Shown here piece by piece: positions 59,840 to 61,754 of a stretch of DNA of 61,754 nt; within the stretch, counting starts at the first letter, position 1, and each line of letters opens with the position of its first letter. The translations under genes and the position numbers were made by a program. This stretch comes from Nitrospinota bacterium. Lineage in GTDB: Bacteria > Nitrospinota > Nitrospinia > JACRGO01. Location: positions 1 to 61,754 of the forward strand of contig JACRGO010000042.1 of NCBI GenBank assembly GCA_016212295.1, in the 5' to 3' direction. The notes under the pieces were generated by a model, which worked only from the letters and a program-made list of their open reading frames with translations, was not told the origin of the DNA and did no database searches.

Positions 59840-60748
59840 ATGGCTAAATTCATAGGCAGAAGGGAATTTTTGAAATCCATAGGCGCCACCGTCGCAGGGA
59901 TTTCCTTGACCCAGGTTTATAATCCCCTGGTGGCCAAGGCCTTGGCCGAGGTCGTTCAAACCGCGCCGCCCGTCATCTGGTTCGCCGGGGGGACCTGCGG
60001 GGGATGCTCCATTTCCGCCCTCAACGCCATGGCCCCCCAGATCGACGAAATCCTCCTGAAGATGATCACCCTGCACTACCACATCAATATAAGCGCCTCC
60101 TCCGGGGAAACCCTCATGGAGCATGTCTACAAGGTCATGGAGGAGCACAAGGGAAAATACATTTATATTCAGGAAGGGGTGGTCTCCACCGCGGCGGAGG
60201 GACGCTTTTGCGTGGTGGGAGAGTACAAGGGAAAGAAAATCGCCATGGCCCAGCTTGCGAAGGAATTGGCGCAAAACGCGCAAGCCGTGGTCGCGGTGGG
60301 CAGTTGCTCCGCCTTTGGGGGCATTCCCTCCGCCCCGCCCAATCCAACGGGAGTCAAACCCTTAAGCGAGGTTGTGGACAAACCCGTGATCAATATCCCC
60401 GGCTGCCCGGCCCATCCCGATGACGTCTTCGGCACATTGATTTACTATTTAAAAAACGGATTGCCCGAACTGGATCAGCACAACAGGCCAAAGCTCTTCT
60501 TCGGCGAGGAAATCCACCAGAAGTGTTTCCTCAAGCCCCAATTCGACGCGGAAAACATGGCCGAAAATTTCGGTGAGCAGGGAAAATGTTACGCCCTGCT
60601 GGGGTGCCTGGGGCCGAAAACGCATTGCAACTCCTGGAAGCGCGGGTGGAATAGCAACATCAACTGGTGCGTGAAGAGCGGGTCCCATTGCATCGCCTGC
60701 ACGGAGCCGACCTTCTCGAAAACAAAGGCCGGGATGTACGCGTACTGA
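59840..60748 (+). CDS. [NiFe]-hydrogenase small subunit (Tat signal)
   Basis: Twin-arginine leader GRREFLKSIGATVAGISL. Proximal-cluster motifs GGTCGGCSIS and GSCSAFGGIP...PGCPAHP. Distal-cluster residues HQKC...CLGPKTHC...CIAC. Confidence 0.85.
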   Translation: MAKFIGRREFLKSIGATVAGISLTQVYNPLVAKALAEVVQTAPPVIWFAGGTCGGCSISALNAMAPQIDEILLKMITLHYHINISASSGETLMEHVYKVMEEHKGKYIYIQEGVVSTAAEGRFCVVGEYKGKKIAMAQLAKELAQNAQAVVAVGSCSAFGGIPSAPPNPTGVKPLSEVVDKPVINIPGCPAHPDDVFGTLIYYLKNGLPELDQHNRPKLFFGEEIHQKCFLKPQFDAENMAENFGEQGKCYALLGCLGPKTHCNSWKRGWNSNINWCVKSGSHCIACTEPTFSKTKAGMYAY

Positions 60749-60757
60749 CGAGGCATT

Positions 60758-61066
60758 ATGAAAACGATTGCATTTGACACTCATTTATATATTAAGAAAT
60801 TAAAGGCAGTTGGAGTTCCCGAAGAGCAGGCGGAGGTGCAAGCGGAAACCATTGCCGAATTGCTGGAAGACAATTTGGCCACGAAGCGGGACTTGAAGGA
60901 GCTTGAGCAGGCCACGAAACGGGACTTGAAGGAGCTTGAGCAGGCCACGAAACGGGACTTAAAGGAACTTGAAACAAACCTTATTATGCGGTTGGGGAAG
61001 ATGTTGGCCGTCACGGCAGGCATCATTATCGCCGCGCTTTCGGCGTTGATAAAAATCCTTGTTTAA
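60758..61066 (+). CDS. DUF1640-like coiled-coil, C-terminally membrane-anchored protein
   Basis: MKTIAFDTHLYIKKLKAVGVPEEQAEVQAETIAELL start. Three copies of ATKRDLKELEQ. C-terminal TM helix LAVTAGIIIAALSALIKILV. Confidence 0.7.
   Translation: MKTIAFDTHLYIKKLKAVGVPEEQAEVQAETIAELLEDNLATKRDLKELEQATKRDLKELEQATKRDLKELETNLIMRLGKMLAVTAGIIIAALSALIKILV
60878..60976 (+). repeat. 3 x 33-bp tandem repeat inside the DUF1640 CDS
   Basis: GCCACGAAGCGGGACTTGAAGGAGCTTGAGCAG (60878-60910), with near-identical units at 60911-60943 and 60944-60976. Confidence 0.95.
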
Positions 61067-61082
61067 TAAAAAGGGGGACGCA

Positions 61083-61754
61083 ATGCAAAAGGAAATTTCC
61101 GGCAGAAAAGTCATCACCGTGGACCCGGTGGGCCGCACGGAAGGCCATCTTGGAATCACCCTATCCATAGAAAATAACAAAGTCGCCGAGGCCCACGCCT
61201 TCAGCCCTGTTTACCGGGGCTTTGAAAAAATCATGATCGGGCGGGACCCCCGCGAGGCCCAGGATCTGCCCACCCGGATTTGCGGCGTGTGCCCGATGGT
61301 CCATTCCGTTTGCGGCAGCAAGAACCTGGAAAAACTCTTCGGCGTCCCGTACAACGAAAACGCCCGGCTGATGCGGAACATCGCCCATGCCACCACCATG
61401 GTGGGCGACCATGTCCTGCATTTTTACCACCTGGCCTCCCTTGACTTCGTGAAGGGACCGGACAAGCCCCCCTTCATTCCCAGATATGGAAATGATTTCA
61501 GAATCCCCCAAAAGGAAAATGACGAGATCGTGGGCCATTACATTCAGGCCCTGGAAATCCGGCGGATAGCCGAGGAGGCGGCGGCCCTCTTCGCGGGAAA
61601 GCTCCCGCACGCCATCACCTTTGTCCCCGGCGGGGTGACGGAGACCCCCACCAAGGAAAAGGTTGCGGCCTGGAAGGAACGGTTCGTAAGGCTGCGGTCC
61701 TTTGTGAATGACGTCTGGCTCAAGGACGTGGAGGCAGTTGCGAAATATTATCCC
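61083..61754 (+). CDS. [NiFe]-hydrogenase large subunit (partial; runs off the window end)
   Basis: My own translation from the ATG at 61083: MQKEISGRKVITVDPVGRTEGHLGI...PTRICGVCPMVHS (N-terminal RxCGxCxxxH Ni-binding motif). The frame stays open to 61754. This ORF is not in the ORF track because it has no stop. Confidence 0.9.
   Translation, partial: MQKEISGRKVITVDPVGRTEGHLGITLSIENNKVAEAHAFSPVYRGFEKIMIGRDPREAQDLPTRICGVCPMVHSVCGSKNLEKLFGVPYNENARLMRNIAHATTMVGDHVLHFYHLASLDFVKGPDKPPFIPRYGNDFRIPQKENDEIVGHYIQALEIRRIAEEAAALFAGKLPHAITFVPGGVTETPTKEKVAAWKERFVRLRSFVNDVWLKDVEAVAKYYP

Noticed and set aside
1-61754. tRNA, rRNA, RNase P, SRP or 6S RNA genes.
   Set aside because: By eye I found no T-arm/acceptor signatures or other conserved cores, such as GAGGAAAGTCC for RNase P. 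I cannot exclude them without tRNAscan-SE or Infernal.

Overview
This window looks like chromosomal DNA from a flagellated, diderm anaerobe; I cannot assign a taxon. Supporting genes: lpxB, a [NiFe]-hydrogenase, lipA, anaerobic cbi cobalamin genes and radical-SAM enzymes. Housekeeping genes include an archease, rluD, truA, fliK-flgD-flgE behind a sigma-54-type promoter, an ALDH/ADH pair, an HD-GYP/REC pair, ktrAB and two CNNM paralogues. Three things stand out. (1) Nearly every intergenic gap holds imperfect hairpin repeats built from short degenerate words. They fall into several sequence-unrelated families with shared architecture. There is also a conserved REP-like box (ATAGCGCGGCATGGCCGCAACCAAAA) and a conserved CTTTAAA..CCGCCCGAAGGGCG tail. 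Some copies sit in frame inside coding genes (hsdM and a four-helix-bundle gene), and others supply start codons, stop codons or terminal peptides to ORFs. (2) A type I restriction-modification island splits the cbi cluster. It carries hsdR with a single in-frame TAA, a four-helix-bundle gene, a fused hsdM-hsdS and an RloC-like zinc-hook ATPase. (3) Several signalling proteins have unusual architectures. One is cNMP-GAF-degenerate sigma-54 AAA+ fused to a NapH-like polytopic Fe-S membrane domain. Another is a transporter-like membrane domain-HEAT-cNMP protein. Also present: several decayed genes (a STAND/TPR ATPase, a Fe-S/cytochrome remnant, a frameshift-compensated FGE-like gene), a 19-nt poly-G tract inside a CDS, and a DUF1640 gene with 33-bp tandem repeats wedged between the hydrogenase subunit genes. 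No rRNA, tRNA or CRISPR array was recognised.
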